DNA of 64,000 nt from IMG/VR virus record IMGVR_UViG_3300027733_000032; one strand, written 5' to 3'. The DNA is from a virus. Below the pieces are notes generated by a model, which did not search any database, was not told the origin of the DNA, and worked only from the letters and a program-made list of their open reading frames with translations. Positions 21,401-30,500 of this stretch are shown here, in pieces; the first letter of the stretch is position 1, and each line of letters begins with the position of its first letter. Position numbers and translations under genes: made by a program.

Positions 21401-22699
21401 CTCATTAATCGCTTCGGCAAGGGGCGTAGTGCAGGAATGTCTTCACGCACTGCACTAAAACCAATGCCAGAATTTGGTTCACAGAAATTTATGGAATCTC
21501 TGCCTGCGACACTCAGCGACCTCTCGAATGAGGAACTTATGCGAATGTGGGACTCAACGAGGCCGTTTGTCAACCTACAGCAGTACGAGATGGGCGAGAA
21601 TGCGAAGAATTTGAATATCCGAATGGAGAAAATTAAAACAGATATTCGTAAGAGAATTAAGAGTGAAGTTTCTTTGAGGAATGGTGCTCCGGAATCTCGT
21701 TCTGAAAAAATCGGCCAAGGGTCTGCTGAGGCCATGGCTCGGGCTTCGGTAGAAAGAAAGAATCGCTCCGAGGCAATTAGAAATTTATTAAATAATCGTT
21801 CAAACGCGATTAAGAAGTATTACTCCTCAACGCGCATGGAAGACGACCAACACACCGCCATATGGGACGACATAGATGCAGCCCTCATGGCAGACGGTGA
21901 TACAGACATTACACTCTCCAAACTTGACTCAATGATTCAACTTTTAGATGACTATATTTCTTCTAACAAAAAAGATGTTTCCAAAAATGAACAGAGACGC
22001 AATGTGGGTCAGGCTGAAAAAATGCGCATCTCTCTTGCTCAATTAGCAGAAGAGTATGCAAGCGACCCATATGTGAAAAATGGCGGAGAAGACTTGGAAA
22101 AGCCAAAGACTCCACGAATTAATCGCAATGGGGCAGAAACTCAGAATCCTGCATCAGAAAATAACAATATTTCTTCACGAATTTCCATGGCTCCAACTAA
22201 AACAACCGCTCAATATATGAGCGCACGCAAGGGTGAAGCAAGAGCAGAGGGGATGCGTTCATCTACGGGTATGGCGTCCAAAACCGGGAGGGCGGAGATT
22301 CGTGGAGAAGCAACTTTCTTTAAGTCTATCCAAGACATGCTCTTATATGAAGCAGGAAAATCAGACGATTCTAAAGCGTCTTCCGCCCTACGTACGCTAC
22401 ACACAATAATGACAAGACAGAAGTCGGGCCTCATATCCGACAAGAGAACTAACGCTGGGGCAATATATTTAATGCAGGATGAATTAGACAACATTTTAGA
22501 TGCGTTATTTCTATCCATTGACAGACAGGTCGGTAGAGACAATGCAGATAGAGCAAAATTGCTATCAAATTTTGCTGACATGCTAGCAATGGCTGGTATG
22601 GCCACATTTATTGACAAGTCAGTTCCAGAAGTCAATTCCCGAACAGTCAAAAAATTCAATAGCGAGGGGAGAGAAGTGGAAATACCCTTAAATGAATAA
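12407..22699 (+). CDS. giant polyvalent protein 1 (NUDIX, 2x HTH-like, pentapeptide repeats, KTSC, HipA/PI3K-like kinase; 17 GMxS motifs)
   Basis: NUDIX WGKYGAAG...FPGGAH...ATAIEEFGEEVG; A(D/N)LxxA repeats 14320-14880; KTSC 18150-18310; kinase GSNPGG..YVK..EVLAAELY..LANWDAV..DNGGS 20760-21420; coding frame begins upstream of this ATG. Confidence 0.85.
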   Translation: MSFVDITGTVDADTDGIVFEGKPGLERPIIPRFLVPKNLARKISSLTEGDALEIEKQRRSGDGNISFDETKLRSIIEKIGGDVNSLKPVDDTAETGMRSANASDGPDFQEPPIADVPEQFDGFWTPDEEQLRDLDKRSGRRTPPPPPANIGQKYVISRDDDGVYFAENISAEDVWSLRSGASKAPKRPFFAPRGGGNKPDNGEGYYFSTNGKRYWGKYGAAGALVRRKNSDGEYEYFLARRADGMSVGGGKWSFPGGAHKDKENSKLPGATAIEEFGEEVGGDISTLKPIHTYTDQVAPDWKYDTYVFEVGPDELNDLRSMDGESTDTGWFTASDIIQMAEDDKLLESFKRSAKEVFALSGDEVKGNKTTRKIKKTLKKISGEKVTSWQEKIKKYEPIEPEDYFDINNEMQSDFGISIGQVMQDEYDEGASIKEIAENWGISAHEVEKLLSENKKGGMSSTSVGQIMQDEYDEGASIKEIAENWDITTQEVEDFMSRPPSVGMSSAKTNRDSRGRDATPAKKKKLDSVIDFVIDKISPVTVIQAYIDFSDRRQEKKNPSLTAERLAREEKMKSGVDKAGKSGISIATKMALPEYKTLMEKVSLNGETVLASTSARTAEVQKLIDNLASKVDGDLDGMDFSKGNFSGIDFKNYSLRNASFFGSTLDKSNFSGCIIDSATFEDASLIDANLSKISQAWRIDFSGANLTNADLTKLNMHSALLNETNLEGAKLDGVNLIMADIRDMDFSNARSMRGVLLEEVQGEGANFGGLDMTNSSFVSANLTNTNFSNANLTRSDLRNAKLDKADFSGANMEGIELEKPGLSPSSMKETKFDNMPTKGEEGTPSGMSSLTRPYRDTSDEELKALYEKYLRYLGGPGDKGDSDFTYMRRSKEYDKIKKEIARREKDGKKPSKGMSSETKLPGNKEMPGLPDDELTSKLDDNVNSLNELETLLDDGEIDLAEYRKRQIPLRKEAAELGAEKKRRSGEKPKTGETGTLKREKVIDRGDGMIKRDERGNPSEWNGQKFLDGEAGKRRQAILELGFTEQEADTLLGQRPSPQKSGMGSRSSAKTKPTFSLTPLNLFIKRETTRTKGPVPELSGWSDRELADSLSMYDIRAPRAWDEERGSFIPSWFPSKDSLVREFDSRGYNVFLGTSGSRQYNDLMFSVLAKDNAIPQEMRRRIWKPSGLLTKAVRDGEEETGQVFPLKSRMKNWEFAAQAADMTDVEVRSLDVEFDNERANKLADVRSGIISKEQFNKWYEGELTPLRRALSAELTRRSLRKAVDGKQTIESVFGTGLTPREYAFLSKDPLLFTRAAGMMSRNGGSTIDKMVKNGEITQEDLEFIQQYHDLSDRLSVDLYDELTNLFGSNPDDVDWDSLDIDTKSKSRDIHAKWMRKYSASLSQLGDGQKRSRNELANMGFDDGEIDDIMTGSMSSGGMSSKRKSNKKITSKWSEEDRRAFTEQNLRSKKVPKKKKKGPVANEWTERRAGREIKSTTRASDSTYGDSAKTASYYESLANQYFSGIAEYVGEDTRIVNSNYNPNIPTMDEPFASIRTSTVGSLKDGDFLPDGFDAPSMFSTPTNPRYKVVYVSKDKDGQIVFGARDLQTGELLVKKMGVNEILPNVMRQSTNKRFGGMSSSRKVGDVKLHAKLADQFKFEQFDEIEKDLNGFIDEINSINEQLNIIWKNGQRRTDAGLPDSDFDEKRYGELEDMRSSLEDTVGEYVKFAEFVAQENIMRRRNKAAVKLAKEKVQNALKKQESPSGNPFEMNDIDTRRLFELGVTEADVADILDSFDIDDREMERVFTAGRPPFTGTKFAKQISSIIDSRSSLDGPEFEEFDPEDEDEQREISKLARRMINSAADDSARRSKITDRSKTMIDVGVSSSSSGGMSSKTPMGKGLGTSKVLYPTRPNKFIAKDVSFVFYDANREELSVGYKDKKKYVFGGITPEMVNDIENGKNSLIASLNAVKKDARYTINPDGTVMGSPPNTLKLLNRDKDRLELIGDDLEVVESVIDGLKNGQNDMTRKMRSDRRNQAMSMASGLAKNNEYAMAFNIMDALDEIDTRTNGAGYMPNGMRSYAATIHPRVQVGLSQDEVGEIRDEIRAIMRKHNGNFFIKDGLSKYDGNLAAAQKKEGRAQLVLLLPEYNAIMNSYEELAKIDPDWTSVVGPHPVELAGVSKDGRFDTEKFKQTGDFAGKLINNGAPSEITVAEQRELINWARRQPGFRIVQSIASSYDEKNGALTANQWRTLRSLHSNYGKNQYNRGGLESRRNSIGMRSTSSTDGPMPMNAVSGNTMGNFVPYGGPTEGGSRNAEVIPNVDIKGKSVEQVVPEGISDEEALALIESIGAYHPKANPDGIKGREYVERRTRLLDSIAETRRITERRAALERAQQSGQIGDDVNLPSHLEFWPLVSEDTKSRLNTAAQNKYGAQFIDLEPYQMEDVLVFETGASGYYSAGTFKQIKKRPNAIDMEDWERLLLPVHQRVSEIDEEEKIKREAARLEADNSPSLEDMLDDPNIAPERKARIEGILAMRRESERKWKESAQTSSAKRRSAAKKEIKLQKYETIDDVGRDSVKNIETMAKAKYGSKFDSLTPVQQKDVLDSYAKERFGVEHYRNIEQSVQKAQSMAERFSQQERIDGEHLAAWDSITDFFNSSEQPSFTGEKIDSLRELLDNYPIENENSTDAELLLSNKIEDISSLIDEMEMSYDDENITIPTGRTGGMASSKKFTPRGVEVERDESSSRIGGMSSLFNRNKPDKTETDTGTVKAPDKPSKPERKKPIVTDGWKKVGGQGGSNPGGFFEDENGVRHYVKTPRSLSHIESEVLAAELYKMLGLGVPQISQGSYQGKPNVVSTLISEPSRPITGAMGDGSKQWQAKVIEGFVADAWLANWDAVLNDNVRADKNGNPIRVDNGGSMKWRAQGGPKGAAWGNTVGEIDSLRGQSPAAPVYRQITDQQIKDQVAKLEAISPDTIKATVASIVSDPAEAKELTDTLLARRQDLINRFGKGRSAGMSSRTALKPMPEFGSQKFMESLPATLSDLSNEELMRMWDSTRPFVNLQQYEMGENAKNLNIRMEKIKTDIRKRIKSEVSLRNGAPESRSEKIGQGSAEAMARASVERKNRSEAIRNLLNNRSNAIKKYYSSTRMEDDQHTAIWDDIDAALMADGDTDITLSKLDSMIQLLDDYISSNKKDVSKNEQRRNVGQAEKMRISLAQLAEEYASDPYVKNGGEDLEKPKTPRINRNGAETQNPASENNNISSRISMAPTKTTAQYMSARKGEARAEGMRSSTGMASKTGRAEIRGEATFFKSIQDMLLYEAGKSDDSKASSALRTLHTIMTRQKSGLISDKRTNAGAIYLMQDELDNILDALFLSIDRQVGRDNADRAKLLSNFADMLAMAGMATFIDKSVPEVNSRTVKKFNSEGREVEIPLNE
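14939..15150 (+). repeat. dispersed ~65-codon module (RPYRDTSDEELK...GGPGDKGDSDFTYMRR), copy 1; copies 2-3 in tandem at 33672-34085
   Basis: near-identical protein and DNA (cgtccctatcgtgataccagtgatgaagag vs cgtccttatcgcgacacgagtgacgaagaa vs cgtccttatcgcaatacgagtgatgaagaa). Confidence 0.9.
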
Positions 22700-22761
22700 T
22701 CATAAAATATTATTCATTTGCACTGCTCAATATAGGGTATACTGAAATCACGTAATCAAAT

Positions 22762-24558
22762 ATGGCCAAACAATTCAAATACTTCTGCATGGTGAACCAA
22801 GAAAAGGCTATTATGCCATGTAGTGGTTGTAGTAGCCCCAATGGCTGCCTTTTAAAAACCATGCACTACAAGGAGTCGACAACAATGAACTACGACGAAA
22901 AAGCAATAGTTAAGATTGAAAGCGACGGCAGTGTTGCTAAGTGCGCTAAGGGTCTTGCCGTCAGCGAGTGTGGCTTTAAGGCTGGCTCAAAAGTCTGTGG
23001 CAAGTGTGGTGCCATGCCTGTTCAAATCAAGATGGTTCCTGTTGATGACATGGCAGACGAAGACATGATGGACGAAGAAGACGACATGACCGAGCAGCAG
23101 AAAATGATGATGCGTCGTCGTACTGCTCGCAAGGCTATGGGGATGCCCATGGACGATACGGAAGACGAAGAAACCGTAGCCGAAGACATGGAGTCAATGC
23201 CTGAAGATGAGGAAATGACTAACGGCAAGATGTGGGGCGGAAAGCCGTACCGCAAGGGCATGCGTATGCCTGCATCAGAAATCATGGACGACGAAGACAT
23301 GATGGATGACGAAGAAGACGTGGCTAGCAAGTCGCATGACGACAACATGAAGAGAATGCGTCGTCAAAGAAAAGCAATGGATGCCGCAATGAGCATGGGC
23401 GATGACGAGGATTTGCCAGACGAAGACATGATGGATGATGAAGAAGAAGTCATGGCTACTCCAAAGGGCTACGGTCGTGGTGGTATGCGCTACAAGTTGG
23501 ACGAAGAAGACATGGCCGAAGGTCCAGAAGACGGCATAGATGATGAGGAAGACCTCCTTGAAGGCGACGAAGAGGAAGACATCGTTCCCATGCGTCGCCC
23601 AATGAATGGTCAGACCCCCAGCATGGAAGACCTCCGTATGGCTCGTCTCCGCAAAATGGGCACCAAGTCTGCCGACGTCGGAATTAATGGATACCTCTGT
23701 GCAATTGACCGCAAAGTACATCCAGGTTCAATCTCCGTCTGTGATGACTGCCCAGGTGGCTGCATGGCAGAAAAGGGACTCCCAGGGCTCCTCCACATCG
23801 AAGGTCTCGCAGAAATGATGTTCAAGGGTGACGTTATCGATTCTGGCTACTCACAAGAAGCCGACATGTTCGTTATCGACGTTCAGACTAAGTCTGGCAA
23901 TGTCAATGAGATTTTCATTGATGGAACCACGGCAGAAGTGCTTGGATTCCACCGTCTTGATGACAGCGTTTTTGAACAGAAGTCGCTCATGGACGATATT
24001 CAACTTATCGACTTCAATGAAGCCGCTGAACTTGCCGTGAAGTCGGTTCCTGGAATCGTCGTGGCTGTTGAGCCAAGCGTATTTGAGGGATTTGACGCCT
24101 ATCAAGTAGAAGTGGATGGCTTTGACCAGAAGTCCTATGACGTGTTCGTCGCCCTTGATGGCGAAGTTCTTGGCTGGGATAAGTGGGAGCCTGAAGACAC
24201 CGACCAGATTGAGGCAGAGGCTGCAGAAATTGCACTAAAGAGAGCGTTTCCGGACGACAAGCGTCAAGAAATGGCCAAAGAAGGCACCGCAATGGATGAC
24301 GGTTCTTTCCCAATTGCCAATGAATCTGACCTTCGTAACGCAATCATGTCTCATGGCCGAGCAAAAGATGTCGAGGCAGCAAAAATGCACATCATGAAAC
24401 AAGCCAAGGCAATGGGCAAGGAAGACATGATTCCTGCTGAATGGGTTTCCGGCGGGGAGAAGTCGCTAACTGTCGAAGGCGGTCCCACCGATGAATTCCT
24501 TAAGACTCTTGTTGAGTTTGAATTGCTTTCGGCTGAAGTTGACGAAACCGGTAAGTGA
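22762..24558 (+). CDS. acidic head-associated (scaffold-like) protein with Cys clusters, 2x PepSY-like domains and a protease-associated DGSFPI domain
   Basis: very D/E/M-rich middle; EAAELAVKSVPGIVVAVE...YQVEV...DVFVALDGEVL PepSY pattern; KRQEMAKEG.AMDDGSFPI...DLRNAI..HGRA (DUF6582-like, recalled); real start may be ~22887. Confidence 0.65.
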   Translation: MAKQFKYFCMVNQEKAIMPCSGCSSPNGCLLKTMHYKESTTMNYDEKAIVKIESDGSVAKCAKGLAVSECGFKAGSKVCGKCGAMPVQIKMVPVDDMADEDMMDEEDDMTEQQKMMMRRRTARKAMGMPMDDTEDEETVAEDMESMPEDEEMTNGKMWGGKPYRKGMRMPASEIMDDEDMMDDEEDVASKSHDDNMKRMRRQRKAMDAAMSMGDDEDLPDEDMMDDEEEVMATPKGYGRGGMRYKLDEEDMAEGPEDGIDDEEDLLEGDEEEDIVPMRRPMNGQTPSMEDLRMARLRKMGTKSADVGINGYLCAIDRKVHPGSISVCDDCPGGCMAEKGLPGLLHIEGLAEMMFKGDVIDSGYSQEADMFVIDVQTKSGNVNEIFIDGTTAEVLGFHRLDDSVFEQKSLMDDIQLIDFNEAAELAVKSVPGIVVAVEPSVFEGFDAYQVEVDGFDQKSYDVFVALDGEVLGWDKWEPEDTDQIEAEAAEIALKRAFPDDKRQEMAKEGTAMDDGSFPIANESDLRNAIMSHGRAKDVEAAKMHIMKQAKAMGKEDMIPAEWVSGGEKSLTVEGGPTDEFLKTLVEFELLSAEVDETGK

Positions 24559-24569
24559 CAAAGCAGTAA

Positions 24570-27500
24570 GTGGGATTGGAGCCCGGAATGGCGGGTAAAG
24601 GTATCCCTCATCGTTATTCCATTAAGCGTTCCAATACGTTGCATGAGCGTAACATCGATGAGGTTGCTCTATATTTTAAAGAACTACAGACGTATGCTGC
24701 TGCTCAGCCATACCTCAACCCATTTCTTTCCATCAAAGCACTAAGCCCTGACGCTAAGGCCAGCAACGCCACTGCTAAGCCTGAATCAAAACGTACCTCA
24801 GCAGACGAGGATGAGCAAAAACTAAAAATAGAGTTCAACCCTAAGGCGACACGTAAACCAGGTCAGGTATTAAAACTTCACGTTACCTATGACGAAATGA
24901 AGTCAAAAGAAGGTGCCAAATTTGGCTGGATTGACCCAGCAAAAATGCCTTCCAAAGAAGAAATAAAAGCAAGCAAAGAAGAATTCAAAAAGACTATTGC
25001 AAGTAGGCCTACTGCAGTTTTTCGCGAGTATGAGCGTGGTCTGGACGGCAACCCAACACCTCGCCTTCTAAGTGAAGTTCGCTACAAGGGGCTTGGACAA
25101 ACGATTGGGCAAATGCAGCCCGAACAGCGTGTAGGTAATGCTGCAGCGGCGGCTCTTGGTGTCGTATTTGATGCTGCCGGAAAAATGCGCTGCCCTCCAG
25201 GCACACCAAATGCAAACCAATTTACTGACGAAAACATGTCTAACTGTTTTGTATTTTCCCCATTGACCGTAGCGCGAGAAATTCTACGCGTTGGTCGACG
25301 TCTCGCCGAAAGACTAGATGGCAGCGGTGGAGCGACCAGCAGGCAAGACCTTCGTTTTGATACTGCCTATGACGCCGAAGCATTCCGAAAAGCAGAACGA
25401 GTAAAGGGCGTCTACACTAAAGCCGAAAGAATGCGGGAGAAGTGGGGTGCAAGAACAAGCGCAATAGAAAATATGTTTACAAAACATGGCATTGATATGG
25501 ACGACTCCATTGGTGCTGCAAACGGAGACCATATTCATGCTCTTGCTAATGAATATAGTTTTTCTAAAATTGCAAAAATATATTCCGATGCGGACCCTGA
25601 CTTTACATTCTTCGACCCATCAAATGGCGAGGAAATAACCGACGACATCTGGAATTCTTTTGACTCTGCAAAGAAGGCAGAAGTCGCGTCGTACAATGCA
25701 AAACGCTACGACGAATCATTACGTCAAGAAATTACAGAGATGGTTCCTGAATCGATTAGGGAAGCAGCAAGAAATGGTGATGCTGATGCTCAGAAAGCCC
25801 TAGACGAGTATGTCGAGCGCACCCGAGAGATTCACCACAAAACGCAACGAGGAATGCTTGGTTCATTGCTTCAATACAAAGACGAAATGGGCGATAGGCA
25901 AGATGCTTTTGGTGGTTTCAGTAGTCATGGAATTTCTGGAAAAGATTTAGTCACTACGGAGGCAATGGCATTGCCTAACATGGATGAAAATGGGATGCCT
26001 GCGGTGACCATTACCATCAATCCAATGTCCGTCGCTGTTCGAGGTAGGATGCCTTACGAAAAAAATGGTTCGCTATTTCTTGAAATAGAATCAGATGTGT
26101 CTCTCAGTGAAGCAGAGAAACAAACAGAGATATTAAGAGTTATGCGCGAAATTACTGATGCGCAAGAATTTGTAAACCTTGTTGGTTATGCTAACGAACA
26201 AAGTGCCGCTCGTGGAGTTGCTGACCTTGGCGTTTCCTCAGAGGAGATGAAGGGTGCTCACGTCATGTGGCACGAACTTGGTCACGTTCAACAATATAAC
26301 GTTGCTAGAAATAAAATATATGATTTTTATGACAAAAATGGTTTCTTCCCCGTAGTCATTGACGGAAAACTTGAAAAATTAGAAACACCTCCAGCAGCAT
26401 GGAGCAATGGGACGTGGGCAAGTGCCATGGACTCAATGATGGGTGCCACTGCCGATAGAGGGGGGCCCTTCGCCAAAACGGGCGCAATGGGATTCCCTCC
26501 CTTTGGGACAGACGAGTTTGAAGATTCATTTCTTCATTTTGTATCTGGCAATTACTATCAAGACAAAGTTCAGGGAGCACTAGGAGTACTTGGTCTCCCT
26601 GAAGAAGGTGCGCATCGTCAACTTGCCCTCATGGAGGGAACGACAGAACTCTTTGCGCTTGAAAAATTGGGAGTTATCGAAGGTCCGGAAGTAAGGCAAT
26701 TCACTTCATGGATGGACCCCGTAGACCCAGCACCAGTACCCTCACTACCTCCTGGGGCCCCACCTGAGGTTCCTGACGTCCCAGGACCAGATGTCCCCGA
26801 GATACCGACTGCGCCGCCAACAACGCCATCCCCGCCCCCTGGAACAACAATAATTGATAACAGCACGACTATCAATATCGTTATCAATGGACCAATAAAT
26901 ATCCATGTTGGTGGAACGGCTCCGGATTGGGACGAAGGAGCCATTGAGCCCCCAATTCCACCAAGAAAAACCGTCGACCTTAAGTGGGAAGACATAACGC
27001 CAATGATTCTTGCGGACAAAGACTCTCAGTGGACTGCCTCTCCATCAAGTGGCGCTGATATTGGGCAGAACAAAGACATGCAAAAACTGTGGTTGGACAG
27101 CGTATTTGGCATGGGTCCAGAAGAGGGGGGATTTGTACCAGAACAAGGTGAACTTCCTCGCATAGATAAAGACGCCTATTGGAAGTTGTCTCCACAGCAA
27201 ATGGATACTAGATACGAGTTTTTACGTGGTGAAGCAGATGCTTTAATTCTTAAATCGGAAACAGAATCATTAAATAAAGATGAGCAAGCCAAGTTATGGC
27301 TCGCAACAAAGGGCATGCAACAAATACTTGACATGAATGGCAAGAAAGCAGCACTCGCCGACGCCAAACGTGAAGAATACCTAAGAGATGGCTTCGACCC
27401 GACTCCAGGGAAGTACCTAAGACAAGTCGACTCACCACTGAAACCTCAGCAAAAAGGTTTCCGAAAATTAGCAACAAAACGTGCCGAAGAACGTGGTTAC

Positions 27501-30500
27501 GATGTCGTTGAAATAGACGATGATGAACTTTCGCACTGGGCGCGTGAAATTTCAGACCATGCTGGAACAGCGAGTGATTCTGGTGCGGATGCCTTCAGCG
27601 GAGCCGACCGCCCATATAAGCGTGGCGAAGTAAGAAATAATCCAAGTTTCAATACCAAGAAGAATCTTGAACGTAATCCAAACTACGAACCAAGCAATGA
27701 GCCTCCCACTCCAGATACGGATTCTGCAGGATATGTTGGAAGTAAATTGGACGAAATCAAATCACGCTCGACTCCAGAACAGCGTGCGATTCTTGACAGT
27801 AGTGAAACTGTAGAAAAGCGCGAATCGGTCGAAGCCCTTATGGATTCTTCAGACCCAAGCAAATTGTCTGGGATGCTGAGTAGGAGTGCGGAAAAACGAC
27901 AAGCAGCAAAAACTGGGGGGGAAATAAAGCGCTCAACTCCTAGTGAGTCTGGCGACATTATTGATGATGATTTCGAGAGCGGCGTTGTGCCATTCCTGGA
28001 TTTAATAGAAACATCAAAATTTGACGACGACGTCAAACTGGTTACCTCCATGCAAATTCCAAAAAATGGAATTTCGGATGGGGACACAATCGACCACACT
28101 AAAATTATGCGTGGCAAAGTTGTCGATTTTGATACTAGTGATGGTTTTGATTTCAGCCAGCCCGAAGCCAACAGGCGAGTGGTCATCGAAATGCCCAAGG
28201 GCAGTCGTGGCGTCCCATCAAAGAATGCACACAACGGCGACACTGATGACTACCTCTTGCCGCCAGGAAGTCTTTCTGTTGTTCGCGTCGACCCTGATGG
28301 GACAATTTTTGCAACACCATTAGAGCAACATGGCAAAAAAGAAATTCTCGATGACATGGAGAAAAATCTCAATGGGATTGAACTAGGTGCTGATTCTTTG
28401 GAAGAATTGGAACGTCGTACGCTCTTGAGTTCAATAAGCAAAGAACGTTCAAAAGTTGTTCCAGAAAAGCGTACAACTCGTGGATTGAGTAGTTCAGGTC
28501 CCAGGGCCGCGCGTCAGTCTGCTAGAAATCAAGCGATTGTTGATGGCTTCGATAAAAATGGAAGCAGTATCTACGGTACGGATACCCGCATCGGCATGTC
28601 GCCCGAAACGCTTGCACGTATGGAAGGCGAGAGTAATGACAAATTCAGAAAAGCACTTGGCCTAGACAGAAGCGTAGAGATTCCAAAGCGTGACCAACGC
28701 GTTGAATCGTCCGTAGCAAAACTTGGTGGTCTCCTATCTGGGAAAGCAGAACCCTCAAATCAAGAAGAATTTGAATTTGTTAATTCGCTTTCACCGGAAC
28801 TCAAAGATTTATTCACAAGCCTCGATGCCTCTGAAATTAAGTCAATAGTTGACGATGAACTTTTCGACTACCACCAACAGTTTGACGACAGGGTTCGAAT
28901 TTCCCTGCACCCGGAAGAGTTTAAGGAATTCTTAAAGACTGGAAAACTCAAGAACATTACGGAAACAAAGCCGAATAGTGCATCGGCGTCGATGTTAAAG
29001 GAGTTTGAGGGCAAATTAGGAATGTCTGAAAATTTGCCAGATGGTGCTCGCAGCCACTCTGGTTTCATGGTTCACAAAACACATACGGACGAAATTGCGG
29101 ATTACTTAAATGAACTGCCTGGAAATGGCATTTCTCGCAATCCGCACTTCTTCTCTGAAACAGATGATGTAAATCCATCCGGAAAATCACGTGCTGGCGG
29201 AAAAGTTATTGATTTGGTTCTCGCTCCAGAAGTTGCTCAGCGTGCCGTATACGGTCGCGGAGACGTCACTGGTGGAGAAGTACTTCCAACTCCCGTACTT
29301 TCTACCAACAGAGCAGAAGTCGGTAGTGCTTTTGTGAATCTATCGGATGTTTCTGAATCAAGCGAACTTGATGGAATGAAACAAATTGCCGAAGTCCTAG
29401 AGTCAAGCATTACCGGAAATAAAACAGGCCTTGGTGGCGGACACGGGGTCCCAACTTCTGTCAAGAGCAGAAACCCAGGATTTGCGCATGAGGCACTTGT
29501 TGCTGGTGGCGTGACTATTGCAGACGCAGAACAAATCCGCATCCCCGTAGAAGCACTAGACATGGAAGATGTCACTGTTTCGTTTGATGGTGTCGAGTTA
29601 GATAATGTGCGACAGCAATTAAGTCAGGCTGGATTGACTAATTCAGAAATTGATGACGTCATTGACAAAATTGGTGCTGGTATTGCGCCGTATGCGCTAC
29701 CCGAAATTGAACGCATGCGACAGGGGATGGCCTCTGAAAAAATGTCAGAGGAACTCTCATTGGTTCCGAATCATTCAATGACGCTCGTTCCTACTAATCC
29801 CGATGGCGTAGACGTTCTTAATCCAGACCCATTACCCGGCGAGCCGACTACAAATAAAGAAATGCGCGATGCTTGGAGAAAGCGTTATGCCGTCGAGTCT
29901 CAACTGAAAAGTATTAAGGATTTGGCTAAACATGAAAAAGAAACCAAAGGCAAAATTGAACCACGCATGTCGGCCAAATCCCCGTCAGGAGAATCGAGGG
30001 TTTCACAGAGACGACAAGGTATTCGTTATTCAGAAGACGGATATAAATCAATATACGAAAATGGTATTGACGACTTCGTAAGCGAAGCGGTAGATACTGT
30101 TGAATACAACCCCAAAACACGTGAACTTCGCGTCTTATTTAAGGGACAGTCAGACCCCTATCACTTCCTTGACGTAGACCCTGATGATTTAGAGGATTTT
30201 GGCGACGAATTTGAGCCAATCGGCAACAAGATTGACAGAATTAAGCGCACCAACAATCGTACTGTTAGAGGCCCGGACGGTTCCGTAATTCGCTGGGACG
30301 GTAAAGAATGGTCCTATGAAGACGCTGGCATGAGTAGCAAGAAGCCTAGTGTTCCATTCGATGGCGATATTTCCGATAAGACCCCAGATGACATTGCGTT
30401 TGACAGTGACATTGATGAAATCATTAGCCCAAGTAGCACTTCCAGAATCGGAATGTTTATCCCTCAGGAGAGAGCGACAGACTCGGACATTTTTGATACC

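Noticed and set aside
24541-24590. Frameshift or readthrough joining the 598-aa protein to giant 2
   Set aside because: In-frame TAA at 24567 just before the GTG, and no slippery heptamer
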